Source: an uncultured Gemmatimonadales bacterium
GTDB taxonomy: Bacteria > Gemmatimonadota > Gemmatimonadetes > Gemmatimonadales > Gemmatimonadaceae
DNA: 64,000 bases
Assembly: GCA_963850905.1 (NCBI GenBank)
Contig: CAWKMU010000003.1
Coordinates: 1,856,001 to 1,920,000 of the forward strand
Reading direction: 5' to 3'
Below, piece after piece: positions 46,166 to 56,254 of the stretch (positions are counted from its first letter, which is position 1; each line of letters begins with the position of its first letter). The notes under the pieces are model-generated. The model made no database searches and was not told the DNA's origin. It was given only the letters and a program-made list of their open reading frames with translations. Position numbers and translations under genes: made by a program.

Positions 46166-46972
46166 ATGCCGATCAACGTGTCACCCTACTCGGCCCGACC
46201 GCGCCGAGTGTCGCCGCGCCGCTCTGCTGCGCCGCGCCCAGCGGTCATGTGCGCTCGTACTCGACGGTGGTCCGCGCGACTGTCGGTCGGTGTCGGGTTG
46301 CTCGCGATTGCCGCGTGTACCCACGCCCCTCCCGAGCCCGTCGACCTGCGGCCGCTCCCGGTCCGGCCAGGGACGGGGCTTGGCGGCGTGCGGGTGATCG
46401 TCGTGCCGCTCAGCATGATCAGGCACGGCGATACCTTTGGCTTCGCCGAGCAGATCACCAACCCGCGCGACTACCTCGTGAATCTCAACGCGCAGATCGA
46501 ACGCGCGTTGACCGAGCGCGCGCCACGCACGGTGTGGGTCTTCCCGAACGCGCTCGTACAGGTGGCGAGCCGGAACCCCGGGTATCTATCGGACCCCTAC
46601 GGGATGGATGCGTCGCAGTTCGCGCCCGATCGCTGGCGTCCAGGGCTGAAGTTGGAGGATCCGCTCGCGGGTCAGCTGCGGAACTACACCTCCTTCGTCG
46701 ACGCCCGCGTCGCACTCATCCTGGTCGAACTGCGCTTCGTACCTCGCCCCATACCGCGGAATCACGCCCTGCCAGTGGGCGAGCGCGCCCTGCTCCTGGC
46801 CGACAGCGCGCATCACACGGGGCGGCCCGTCCTGCGGATCGCGGTCGTCGACACCCGCACGACCGAAGTGATCTGGGCGGGCGACGTCGTGGGGGACCCC
46901 GCGCCCGCGCTGACGCCGGCGGTCGGCACCAACCTCGTGGACCGTTTGGTTCAGGCCTTGGCGTCGGAGTAG
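46166..46972 (+). CDS. Hypothetical lipoprotein
   Basis: Lipobox LAIAAC; stop abuts the next gene's ATG. Start uncertain (46166 or 46247). Confidence 0.7.
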   Translation: MPINVSPYSARPRRVSPRRSAAPRPAVMCARTRRWSARLSVGVGLLAIAACTHAPPEPVDLRPLPVRPGTGLGGVRVIVVPLSMIRHGDTFGFAEQITNPRDYLVNLNAQIERALTERAPRTVWVFPNALVQVASRNPGYLSDPYGMDASQFAPDRWRPGLKLEDPLAGQLRNYTSFVDARVALILVELRFVPRPIPRNHALPVGERALLLADSAHHTGRPVLRIAVVDTRTTEVIWAGDVVGDPAPALTPAVGTNLVDRLVQALASE

Positions 46973-47989
46973 ATGGCGACACCCGTCACATTGATTCCCG
47001 GGGACGGGATCGGGCCGAGCATCTCGGATGCCACCGTTCAGGTCCTCAGGGCGGCGGGCGCCGACATCGAGTGGGACGTGCGCCTGGCGGGGCTGGCGGC
47101 CGTGTCGGCGCACGGCAATCCCATGCCGGATGCCACGCTCGACTCGATCCGCGCGACGCGGGTCGCGCTGAAGGGTCCACTCGAGACGCCGGTCGGGGAA
47201 GGGTACCGCTCGGTCACGGTCGCCTTGCGGAAGACTTTCGACCTCTACGCCAATGTCCGCCCGGCACACGTCATCGTGCGGGGCGGTCGATTCGACCGTG
47301 TCGACATCGTGCTCGTCCGCGAGAACACCGAAGGGCTCTACGTCGGGGCAGAGCACTACATCAAGGTCGGTGACGATCCGCGTGCGGCGGCGGAGTCGAT
47401 GGCCATCATCACGCGCAGTGGGTCGGAGCGAGTGATCCGGTACGCGTTCGAGTATGCGGTGCGTCACCATCGGCACAAAGTGACCCTCGTGCACAAGGCG
47501 AACATTCTCAAGTTCTCACAGGGCCTGTTCCTCGACGTCGGTCGCCAAATCGCGCGAGAGTACGAGCCGCGTGGCATCGCGTTCGAGGACAAGATCGTGG
47601 ATGCGATGGCGATGAATCTTGTACTCCGCCCTGAGCAGTATGATGTGATCGTGACGACGAACATGTTCGGCGACATTCTGTCCGATGAGATCTCCGGGCT
47701 GGTCGGAGGGCTCGGCCTGGCGCCGGGCGCCAACATCGGGACGCATGCGGCCATCTTCGAGGCAGTGCACGGAACGGCACCGGACCTGGTGGGCAAGGAC
47801 CTCGCAAACCCCGCCGCGCTCATCTTCGCCGCCTGTATGATGCTCGATCACCTGCGCGACTCGGTGCGCGCTGATCTGATCCGGAGCGCAGTCGAGGCCA
47901 CCATCCGAGAGGGGCGGCACGTGACGCGTGATCTCGGAGGCACGGCAACGACACGGGAATTCACGGACGCAGTGATCGCGGCGTTGTGA
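46973..47989 (+). CDS. icd: Isocitrate/isopropylmalate dehydrogenase family (NAD-IDH-like)
   Basis: LIPGDGIGP, LKGPLETPVG, RENTEGLY, VHKANILK, NMFGDILSD, EAVHGTAPD, ANP. Confidence 0.9.
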   Translation: MATPVTLIPGDGIGPSISDATVQVLRAAGADIEWDVRLAGLAAVSAHGNPMPDATLDSIRATRVALKGPLETPVGEGYRSVTVALRKTFDLYANVRPAHVIVRGGRFDRVDIVLVRENTEGLYVGAEHYIKVGDDPRAAAESMAIITRSGSERVIRYAFEYAVRHHRHKVTLVHKANILKFSQGLFLDVGRQIAREYEPRGIAFEDKIVDAMAMNLVLRPEQYDVIVTTNMFGDILSDEISGLVGGLGLAPGANIGTHAAIFEAVHGTAPDLVGKDLANPAALIFAACMMLDHLRDSVRADLIRSAVEATIREGRHVTRDLGGTATTREFTDAVIAAL

Positions 47990-48828
47990 CGCGGATTCTG
48001 CACGTCTCGGACATCCACTTCGGTTGGCCCGCGGTCCTGGAGCAGGCCGACGCCGTCGAAGCCGTCGGGCGACAGGAGCCGTTCGACGTCATCGCGGTCT
48101 CCGGAGACCTCGCTCAGCGTGCTCGGGCCGGCGAGTTTCAACGAGCCGCCGTTTTCCTGCGTGACATTCGGCGGCCCGTTGACCAGACTCGGCCGCCGCC
48201 GGCGCTCATCGTCGTGCCGGGGAACCACGATGTCGCGTGGTGGTTTGCGCCGCTCGGGCTCGGGCAGCGGTGGCGTGTCTACGAGAAATACCGCCGATAC
48301 ATCTGCGCGGACCTCGAACCCGAGCTCCACGTGCCGGGCGCGACGTTCGTCGGACTCAACACGGCGGCCGGCGTCGACTGGCACACGTTGACGTGGAACC
48401 CGCGAGACCTGTCGGTGAAGGGCGGGCTGCGGCAGGCTCAACTCGCCCATGCGGCGGCTGCCTTTGGCCGGGCGCCCCCGGGTGACCGGCGCGTGGTCGT
48501 GATGCATCACAACCCAACACTCGGCGAGCTGTCCGGCCGGTACGGATTGCTACGCAGTCACGCCGTGCTGGCGGAGTTCGATCGCATGGGCGTCGACTTG
48601 GTCCTCTCCGGACATGATCACCAGGAGGCGATTCACTACATCGAGATGTCATCGCGGGGCATGGTCGTGTCGATCGCCGGCACGATCTCGAGCCGCTCGC
48701 GAGGGCGGCGCCCGTCGTCCTTCAACGTGGTGACACTCACCGATCGCTCGATTGAAGTCGAGACGCGCACGTGGCGCCCGGGCAAGCAGCAGTTCGATCA
48801 CGAAGCCACACGATGCTTCACGCGTTGA
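47986..48828 (+). CDS. Calcineurin-like metallophosphoesterase
   Basis: SDIHFG, SGD, PGNHD, MHH, SGHDH. Confidence 0.92.
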   Translation: MTRILHVSDIHFGWPAVLEQADAVEAVGRQEPFDVIAVSGDLAQRARAGEFQRAAVFLRDIRRPVDQTRPPPALIVVPGNHDVAWWFAPLGLGQRWRVYEKYRRYICADLEPELHVPGATFVGLNTAAGVDWHTLTWNPRDLSVKGGLRQAQLAHAAAAFGRAPPGDRRVVVMHHNPTLGELSGRYGLLRSHAVLAEFDRMGVDLVLSGHDHQEAIHYIEMSSRGMVVSIAGTISSRSRGRRPSSFNVVTLTDRSIEVETRTWRPGKQQFDHEATRCFTR

Positions 48829-49337
48829 GGCGCCTGTTTGGACGAGGGGCAGTCGACCCTGGGCAGTTGACGCTGCCGTTCGACGCCGCGCTCCAGCGAC
48901 CGGTACTCCGGCCGCCTCCGATCATCGTCCCGGCGCCGCCGACCGGCACGCGTGAGGCTCCAGTCCGTCCTCCCGGACGCCGGTCGCCGGCTGAGGAGGA
49001 TACAATCGCGGCCCAGAAGCTGACCGCCCGACACGCGGAATTCAACGCAGAGCGCTTCGCCGGCGCCCTGCGACCCATTCGTATCGAGGTGTCGCGCCGG
49101 CTGCGCAGCCGCCTGGGCTACTACCGCGTGGCTACGCCCCGGTACCCGGGACTCATCGTGATCAGTCGCCGCCATCTGCGGCGCCACGGGTGGTCGGCAG
49201 TCTTCGACACACTGCTCCACGAGATGGTGCATCAATGGCAGGACGAGAGTGGCCTCAGCGTCGACCACGGCCCTCAGTTCCGCGCCAAGGCCCGAGCGGT
49301 GGGTACCCTTCCGAGGGCGAGGAGACCGGTCGGGTAG
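48813..49337 (+). CDS. SprT-like zinc metalloprotease domain protein
   Basis: FN...F.G.L, RL..RLG, TLLHEMVHQW, HGPQF. Confidence 0.85.
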   Translation: MLHALRRLFGRGAVDPGQLTLPFDAALQRPVLRPPPIIVPAPPTGTREAPVRPPGRRSPAEEDTIAAQKLTARHAEFNAERFAGALRPIRIEVSRRLRSRLGYYRVATPRYPGLIVISRRHLRRHGWSAVFDTLLHEMVHQWQDESGLSVDHGPQFRAKARAVGTLPRARRPVG

Positions 49338-49351
49338 TTAAACTTCCCCGC

Positions 49352-50521
49352 ATGACAACTGACTTCTTCAACATCGACAGCGTGCTGTCCGAAGAGGAGC
49401 GCGCCGTTCGCGACAGCGTGCACCGGTTCGTCGATGAGCGCGTGTTGCCCGTGATCGGCAAGTGCTACGTGGACGGCCGTTTTCCTCGTGAGATCGTGCC
49501 GGCGATGGCGGAGCTCGGATTATTTGGCGCCAACCTCCCGGAGGAGTACGGGTGCGCGGGTCTGAGCAACGTCGCCTACGGACTCATCATGCAGGAGCTC
49601 GAACGCGGGGACTCGGGCGTGCGCTCGTTCGCATCCGTGCAGGGGTCACTCGTCATGTACCCGATCTTCGCGTTCGGGAGCGACGAGCAGAAGCGACGGT
49701 ATCTGCCCGGGATGGCGTCGGGCGCGATCGTGGGCTGCTTCGGGCTGACGGAGCCGGATTATGGTTCAAACCCGGCCGGCATGATCACGACGGCCCGCGA
49801 GCAACCCGACGGGAGCTTCGTGTTGAACGGCGCGAAGATGTGGATCACGAACGGGTCTACCGCGCACGTGGCGATCGTCTGGGCCAAGACGGGACAGGAT
49901 GAGCGCTCGATTCGAGGGTTCATCGTCCCGACGGACACGAAGGGCTTCTCTGCCAAGGATCAGAAGGGGAAGCTCTCGCTGCGGGCATCGGACACGAGCG
50001 AGCTCGTGTTTCAGGATGTGTGTGTGCCCAAGGGACAGCTGCTTCCAAAATCCGGCGGGCTCAAGAGCCCTCTCATGTGCCTCACGCAGGCCCGTTATGG
50101 CATCGCCTGGGGTGCGGTCGGTGCCGCGATGGCCTGCTTCGAGGAAGCCGCGAAGTACTCGAAGACGCGCGTGATGTTCGACCGGCCGATCGGTGGATTC
50201 CAGCTTCAGCAGGCGCGCCTCGCGGATATGCTGACGGAGATCGTGAAGGCGCAGCTTGTGGTGTTGCACCTGGGGCGGCTGAAGGATGCCGGGACATTCA
50301 CGCCGCAGCAGGTCTCGCTGGCCAAGCGCAACAACGTCGACATGGCGACGGACGTCGCTCGCGAAGCACGGCGGCTCCTGGGCGCGAACGGCATTCTCGC
50401 CGAGTATGCCTCGATGCGCCACATGGAAAACCTCGAGAGCGTGTACACCTACGAGGGCACCCACGACATCCATACGCTGGTGCTCGGGCAGGCCATCACG
50501 GGGCTCAGCGCGTTTGACTGA
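49352..50521 (+). CDS. Acyl-CoA dehydrogenase (glutaryl-CoA dehydrogenase-like)
   Basis: ELERGDSG.RS..SVQ, GCFGLTEPDYGSNP, NGAKMWITN, KLSLRAS, TYEGTHDIH. Confidence 0.93.
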   Translation: MTTDFFNIDSVLSEEERAVRDSVHRFVDERVLPVIGKCYVDGRFPREIVPAMAELGLFGANLPEEYGCAGLSNVAYGLIMQELERGDSGVRSFASVQGSLVMYPIFAFGSDEQKRRYLPGMASGAIVGCFGLTEPDYGSNPAGMITTAREQPDGSFVLNGAKMWITNGSTAHVAIVWAKTGQDERSIRGFIVPTDTKGFSAKDQKGKLSLRASDTSELVFQDVCVPKGQLLPKSGGLKSPLMCLTQARYGIAWGAVGAAMACFEEAAKYSKTRVMFDRPIGGFQLQQARLADMLTEIVKAQLVVLHLGRLKDAGTFTPQQVSLAKRNNVDMATDVAREARRLLGANGILAEYASMRHMENLESVYTYEGTHDIHTLVLGQAITGLSAFD

Positions 50522-50560
50522 CGGGTGCGGGCCGCGCGTCCGGCACGCCCCCGCTCCGCG

Positions 50561-52250
50561 ATGAATCCGCGCCGGCTCGTGTGGTGGACGATCGGCATCG
50601 GCACCGCCGTTCGTCTAGTCATCGCGGCCGTCACCGGGCTGGGTGTGGACGAGTCCTACGCGGTCGCCAGCGCCCGCCAGTTGCACCTCAGCTACTTCGA
50701 CCATCCGCCGCTCTCGTTCTGGCTGGTGCACCTGGCGACACACCTGTTCCGTTCCGAGGCGCACCTCGTCGTCCGCGGTCCGTTCATCCTGTTGTTCGCA
50801 GCGACGACGTGGCTGATGTACCGAGTTACCGCCCACGCGTTTGGCGAGCACGAGGGCTGGCTGGCGGTGCTGTTTCTCAACGTCGCGCCGGTGTTCAGCC
50901 TGAGCACCGCGACGTGGGTGCTGCCCGACGGTCCGCTCATGTGCAGCCTGGCCGGTGCCTGCTACTGCCTCGCCCGCGTGGTCCTCGATCCAGCCGGTGA
51001 GCGCCGCGCAGGCCGATGGTGGCTTGGCGCTGGCCTCTGTGTCGGCGCGGCTCTCCTGTCCAAGTACCAGGCCGCACTGTTCCTGGTCGGCGTCGCTCTG
51101 TTTCTGGTGGTCAGGCCGACCCAGCGCCGGTGGCTGGGGCGGGCCGAGCCGTACGCGGGGCTCGCGGTCGCGCTGGCGCTGTTCACACCGGTGCTCGTAT
51201 GGAACGCTCAACACGGCTGGGCGTCGTTCGCATTCCAACTCGGACGCCAAGCGACGAGCGTGACTCCGACCGTGTCGCAGCGGCTCGGTGCGCTCGCCCA
51301 AACCATCGGTGGACAGGCGCTCTGGGTGCTTCCGTGGCTCTGGGTACCGCTCGTCTGGGTACTCATCACCGCGCTCGTTCGGCGCCCCCACGAAGATCGG
51401 CGCTACCTGTTCGCGTGCGTCGCGCTGGTGCCGATCACGGTGTTCACCGTCGTGTCGCTGACCGGACGGCCTGCGCTCCCACATTGGCCTGCGTCCGGGT
51501 ACTTGTTTTTGTTTCCGCTCCTGGGTGCCGCCATTGCGGCGCGGATCCGAGGGCTTGTCGAGCGCCGCGATCTCGCCGTGCGGGCGGTCCCGCCCGGCAT
51601 CGAGCGCCGCCGCAAGGGGGATCGCCGGCTCCGGCCGCTACTACTGTGGAGTCTCTGGTCGATCGCCTCGTTTGTGGTGCTCTTGATCATCGGCGCGAGC
51701 GCGATGGCGACGGGCTGGCACGCGCGGTACCTCTCGCCTGCGCATTCGAGCGACCGATCCGACGCTGGAGGGAGTCGACTGGCGCGGACTCGCGCGCGGT
51801 CTCGACTCCCTTGGCATGTTGAGACGACCACACACCTTCATCGCAGCGACGAGCTGGGTGCAGGCGGGGAAAGTGGCATACGCACTCGGGCCGCAGGTGC
51901 CCGTCCTCTGCTTGAGTGTCGATCCCCGGCAGTTCGCGTTTTTGCACGACCAGCGCGCCTTCCTGGGTCAGGACGCTGTCATGGTGGATCGGCTCCCCGC
52001 GCGCCATGATCTCTCCGACCGCTACCAGGGGTTCTTCGCGTCGATGACGCCGGTCGGCACGGTCACGATTCGACGCGGAGGCGACCCCGTTTTCGACGTC
52101 GGCGTCTACCTCGCGCGTGAGTTCGTGCGTCCGTTCCCCGCGACTGCCATGCCGCGGGGCGCGCTGCCGCCGTTCCCGCGTGATCAGGTGGCCGATTATC
52201 TTCCCCCCGACCCGACACAGGACGCACCAATCGTGGAGCGAGCGCGGTGA
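50561..52250 (+). CDS. GT39/ArnT-like membrane glycosyltransferase; +1 frameshift near 51745
   Basis: DESY, SYFDHPPL, PDGPL, LLSKY, PVLVWNAQHGWASFAFQ, PHW..GY. Continues in the shifted frame as DPTLEGVDW...MLRRPHTF to TGA 52250. Confidence 0.85.
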
Positions 52251-52999
52251 AGATCGCGGTGTGCATCAAACGTGTGCCCGTCCAGGAAGGCCGCTTCGCG
52301 ATCGCAGCCAGTGGCACGGCGATCGATGAGACGGGCCTCAAGTACGATGTGAACGACTTCGACCTGTGGGCGGTCGAGGCTGCGCTCCAGCTCAAGGAAA
52401 AGGCCGGGCAGGGCGAGGTCGTTGTCGTGTCGTTGGGCGCCGACGCAGTACAGGAGCAGATCCGCAAGGCGTTGAGCATGGGCGCGGATCGCGGTGTACA
52501 CCTGAAGACGACGCAAACCACTCCGGATTCTCTCGTCATTGCCCGCGCGCTCGCGGACGAGCTGCGGGGCGGCGGCTACGATCTGTTGCTGTTTGGCCGG
52601 GTTGCGGTCGACGCAGGCAACGGCGCGACCGGTGCCATGGTCGCCGAATTGCTGAATCTCCCCTGCGTGACCGGCGTCTCGAAGTTGGAGATCGCGGCTG
52701 GTCGAGGACGGGCACGACGCGAGCTCGAGGGTGCACAGGAAGTCATGGAGTTTCCACTGCCGGCGGTGTTGACGATTGATGAGGGACTCAACAAGGAACG
52801 CCTGCCATCCCTCAAGGGCATCATGGCGGCCAAGAAGAAGCCTCTCGACATCAAAGCCGTCACGCTGACGGAGTCGCGCGTGTCGGTGCGCCGCCTCGCC
52901 CTGCCCCCCGAGCGCGCCGCGGGCCGCATCATCGGTGAGGGCGCGGCGGCTGTGCCCGAGCTTATCGGGCTGCTGCAGACCGAAGCCAAGGTATTGTGA
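52247..52999 (+). CDS. etfB: Electron transfer flavoprotein beta subunit
   Basis: MKIAVCIKRVP, ND.D..AVEAAL, ALSMGAD, R.PSLKGIMAAKKKP. Confidence 0.96.
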   Translation: MKIAVCIKRVPVQEGRFAIAASGTAIDETGLKYDVNDFDLWAVEAALQLKEKAGQGEVVVVSLGADAVQEQIRKALSMGADRGVHLKTTQTTPDSLVIARALADELRGGGYDLLLFGRVAVDAGNGATGAMVAELLNLPCVTGVSKLEIAAGRGRARRELEGAQEVMEFPLPAVLTIDEGLNKERLPSLKGIMAAKKKPLDIKAVTLTESRVSVRRLALPPERAAGRIIGEGAAAVPELIGLLQTEAKVL

Positions 53000-53988
53000 T
53001 GCTGAACGTCCTCGTGCTCGCGGAGACGCGTGAAGGAGCGCTGCGCAAGGTCGCCCTCGAGGCGGTCGCGGCGGCACGGACATTGGTCGATGGGTCGGGC
53101 GGCGGCGAAGTGCACGCGGTGTTCGTCGGTGCCCCAGGCATCGAGACTTGTGCGCAAGCCTTGGGAGAGCACGGCGCCGACGTCGTCGTGGTTGTCGAGC
53201 ATCCGGCCCTCGAGCGGTACAACCCGGAGGCCTGCACGGCGCTCGTCGCGGATCGGCTACGCAGCGGGGGATATCGCGCCGGCGTGTTCGCTTCGAGCGT
53301 GCAGGGGCGCGACCTGGCTCCGCGCGTCGCCGGGCGGGTGGGCGTGCCGGTCGTGACCGATGTGACCGCGCTCGCGCTCGAAGGAGACGCGTTGGTGGTG
53401 ACCCATCCAATCGACACTGGCAAAGTGATTGCCACGCTGGAGGTGCATGCGACGCCGGCGCTCGTGGCGTTGCGCCCCGGCGTGGTCATGCCGGCGCGTT
53501 CGCCGAGGGAGGCGCGCATCGAACGGGCACAGCCGGCGGGAGATCCGGCTGCGACACGTGTCGTGACGACGGAGCTGAAGGTTGGCACGACGACCAAACT
53601 CGATCTCGGCGAGGCGCCCGTCATTGTGAGCGGCGGTCGCGGCCTCAAGTCTGCTGAGAACTTCCACCTCGTCGAGGAACTGGCCGCGGCGTTCGGCAAT
53701 GCGGCGGTTGGCGCGACGCGGGCGGTGACAGACGATGGGTGGCGGCCCCACAGCGAACAGATCGGGCAAACCGGGCGACTGGTCAGTCCTGACCTTTACG
53801 TTGCAGTCGGGATTTCGGGCGCCGTTCAGCATCTCGCAGGTATGCGGACGTCTAAAACAATCGTCGCGATCAACAAGGACCGCGACGCGCCGATCTTCAA
53901 AGTCGCGGACTACGGGATCGTGGGCGACGTGTTCGAGGTCGTGCCAGCGCTCACTGCGGCGGTGCGCGCGGCACGGAAAGCTTCGTGA
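52996..53988 (+). CDS. etfA: Electron transfer flavoprotein alpha subunit
   Basis: VSGGRG, VGATRA, QIGQTG, GISGAVQHLAGM, AINKD..APIF..ADYG. Confidence 0.96.
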   Translation: MMLNVLVLAETREGALRKVALEAVAAARTLVDGSGGGEVHAVFVGAPGIETCAQALGEHGADVVVVVEHPALERYNPEACTALVADRLRSGGYRAGVFASSVQGRDLAPRVAGRVGVPVVTDVTALALEGDALVVTHPIDTGKVIATLEVHATPALVALRPGVVMPARSPREARIERAQPAGDPAATRVVTTELKVGTTTKLDLGEAPVIVSGGRGLKSAENFHLVEELAAAFGNAAVGATRAVTDDGWRPHSEQIGQTGRLVSPDLYVAVGISGAVQHLAGMRTSKTIVAINKDRDAPIFKVADYGIVGDVFEVVPALTAAVRAARKAS

Positions 53989-55640
53989 CCATCATTCCCG
54001 CGCAATTCCAGCCCGCACTACCGCTGGATCGTATTCTCCTGACCGACGTCCCGAATGCGGAGGCAACCGCAATGGACGTCGTGTTCGTCGGTGCGGGTCC
54101 AGCAGGCTTGGCAGGCGCCATAGAGCTGGCACGCCTCGTCCAACGCGACAACGAAGCCGGCGGCCCTCTCGGCGCCTTGCAAATCGCCGTAGTCGAAAAG
54201 GCGCCCGCACTCGGGGAGCACTCGCTCTCGGGTGCGATCATCAACCAGCGCGCGATCCGTGAGCTCTTCCCAAACCTTGGCCCTGCGCAGTTCCCATTCC
54301 GCTCTCTGGTGAGTGACGAGCGCGTCTATTTCCTAACTCGCAATCGTGCGATTCGCGTTCCGACCCCGCCGACCATGCAGAATCATGGCCACGCCATCGC
54401 ATCCTTGTCTGAGGTCGTGCGCTGGCTCGGAGAGCAGGCCGAAGCATTGGGCGTCTACATCTTCACGGGTTTCCCCGTTGGTGCGTTGCTGACCACAGGG
54501 ACGCGTGTCACCGGCGTACGCACGACGCCTGCCGGGTTGACGCGCAGCGGCGAGCCAGGGCCGGCCTACACCCCGGGCACCGACATTGCCGCCCAGGTTG
54601 TTGTCCTGGCCGAAGGGACGCGCGGTATGCTGTCACAGGCCTGGGTGAAATGGCAACAGATCACGAGCGCGAACCCGCAGATCTTTGCGCTCGGCGTCAA
54701 GGAGATTTGGCGGACGAAGCGCCCGCTAAGTGCCGTGATGCATACGATCGGTTGGCCGCTGCCGGCTGACGTGTTCGGCGGCAGCTTCATTTACCCGCTT
54801 GCGCCCGATCTCCTCGCGCTGGGTCTCGTGGTCGGCATGGACTACCGACAGACGACGCTCGACGTGCATGAAATGCTGCAGCACTTCAAACAACACCCAA
54901 TGATCCGCGGACAGTTGGAAGGCGGCGAGATGATTGAGTGGGGGGCGAAGACGATTCCTGAGGGTGGATACTATGCTGTCCCAGCGCGGCGTTCGGGCGA
55001 CGGGATAATCCTCGTCGGCGATGCCGCGGGGTACGTCGATGTCTCCTCCCTCAAGGGGATTCATTATGCGATGCAGTCCGGCATTTACGCCGCGCGGGTA
55101 ATCTTCGACGCTTTGCGACAAGGAGATACCTCAGCTGGAACCCTCGGCGCGTACGACCGGATGGTCGATGCGAGCTACATCATGGAGGACCTTTATCGCC
55201 GTCGGAACATGCGTCTGGTTTTCCAGGGCAGCAACCTGTATCGCGGCGGTATGCAAGCCGCGCTGATGACGCTCACGGGCGGCCGGGTGCCCGGCGCCCA
55301 GCTCCAGTCACATGCTGATGCAGAGGTGCCGCGCGATCCGGCCCCGGAGCAGCGCTTCGTGCCAGATGGAACGCTGACCTTTAGCAAAGATGATGCGAAC
55401 TACAAATCCGGGAACAAAACGCGGGACGACATACCGTCGCACCTCATTGTAGGTAGCGAGATCCCGCCAGAGGTGGCAACGCTGTACCAACACATGTGCC
55501 CTGCCGGTGTGTACAGGCGAGAAGGTCAGACGTTGCTGGTCAGCCCGGGTAATTGCATCGACTGCAAGGCGACGGACGTCCTCGGACCCCGTTGGACACC
55601 TCGCGAGGGGACGAGTGGGCCACGGTATCGTTTGATGTAA
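53985..55640 (+). CDS. Electron transfer flavoprotein:quinone oxidoreductase
   Basis: VGAGPAGL, EK....G.H.LSGA, GVKEIW, WGAKTIPEGGY, GDAAG, KGIHYAM.SG; C-terminal CPA.VY..NCIDCK. Confidence 0.93.
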   Translation: MTIIPAQFQPALPLDRILLTDVPNAEATAMDVVFVGAGPAGLAGAIELARLVQRDNEAGGPLGALQIAVVEKAPALGEHSLSGAIINQRAIRELFPNLGPAQFPFRSLVSDERVYFLTRNRAIRVPTPPTMQNHGHAIASLSEVVRWLGEQAEALGVYIFTGFPVGALLTTGTRVTGVRTTPAGLTRSGEPGPAYTPGTDIAAQVVVLAEGTRGMLSQAWVKWQQITSANPQIFALGVKEIWRTKRPLSAVMHTIGWPLPADVFGGSFIYPLAPDLLALGLVVGMDYRQTTLDVHEMLQHFKQHPMIRGQLEGGEMIEWGAKTIPEGGYYAVPARRSGDGIILVGDAAGYVDVSSLKGIHYAMQSGIYAARVIFDALRQGDTSAGTLGAYDRMVDASYIMEDLYRRRNMRLVFQGSNLYRGGMQAALMTLTGGRVPGAQLQSHADAEVPRDPAPEQRFVPDGTLTFSKDDANYKSGNKTRDDIPSHLIVGSEIPPEVATLYQHMCPAGVYRREGQTLLVSPGNCIDCKATDVLGPRWTPREGTSGPRYRLM

Positions 55641-55654
55641 TCGGATCCCGAGCC

Positions 55655-56218
55655 TCACCCTTCCACGGCCGGGTGAGCGCCCGTTGTCCCGTATTGCACG
55701 GTCACCGTGAGCCGGCTGCCGTCGACACGCGTGGCCACGCGCCGTGAGCACCCTGGGCACCGCGACATGAGCAGGGGAGTCTCGGCGCGCTGTGCGAGCA
55801 GTGTGCGACACACGGGGCAGTAGATCGAGGCCGATACGAGCGCCGCTGTCACTGTGCTCGCGACCGGGGGCGGGGTGTGTGCGCCGTTTTCGTCGCCGGC
55901 CGGGGCGACGAGTTTGGGCTTGGCACCTTGCCCGACGCGGGCCGCGACGGTTGCAACGAAGAACTCCCGCTCGGCATCGGACATGCTCGCGAGCTGCTGG
56001 GCGTTGACGAGCCCGCGCTCGGTGAGGGTCCGCGCCATGCCGGTCGGCAGCGGCGTCACCGCCCAATCGCGCTTCCCGCCCGGGGCCTTCCCTCCGCGAC
56101 GTCGATCGGCTTCGCCGTCGATCTTGGTGCGGAGCGTTCGTCCAGCGAGCGCGATGACGCCCGCGAGAAACAGGAAGACGATCACGCCGAGGGCGAGCAA
56201 GACGCGAGGGTTCATCAT
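55655..56218 (-). CDS. Membrane-anchored hypothetical protein with C-terminal zinc ribbon
   Basis: N-terminal TM segment; CPVC...CPGC near the C-terminus; follows moeA. Confidence 0.7.
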   Translation of the reverse strand: MMNPRVLLALGVIVFLFLAGVIALAGRTLRTKIDGEADRRRGGKAPGGKRDWAVTPLPTGMARTLTERGLVNAQQLASMSDAEREFFVATVAARVGQGAKPKLVAPAGDENGAHTPPPVASTVTAALVSASIYCPVCRTLLAQRAETPLLMSRCPGCSRRVATRVDGSRLTVTVQYGTTGAHPAVEG

Positions 56219-56254
56219 GGCGGCAACGCACGTATGTCGGGTGGGGACGCCCGC

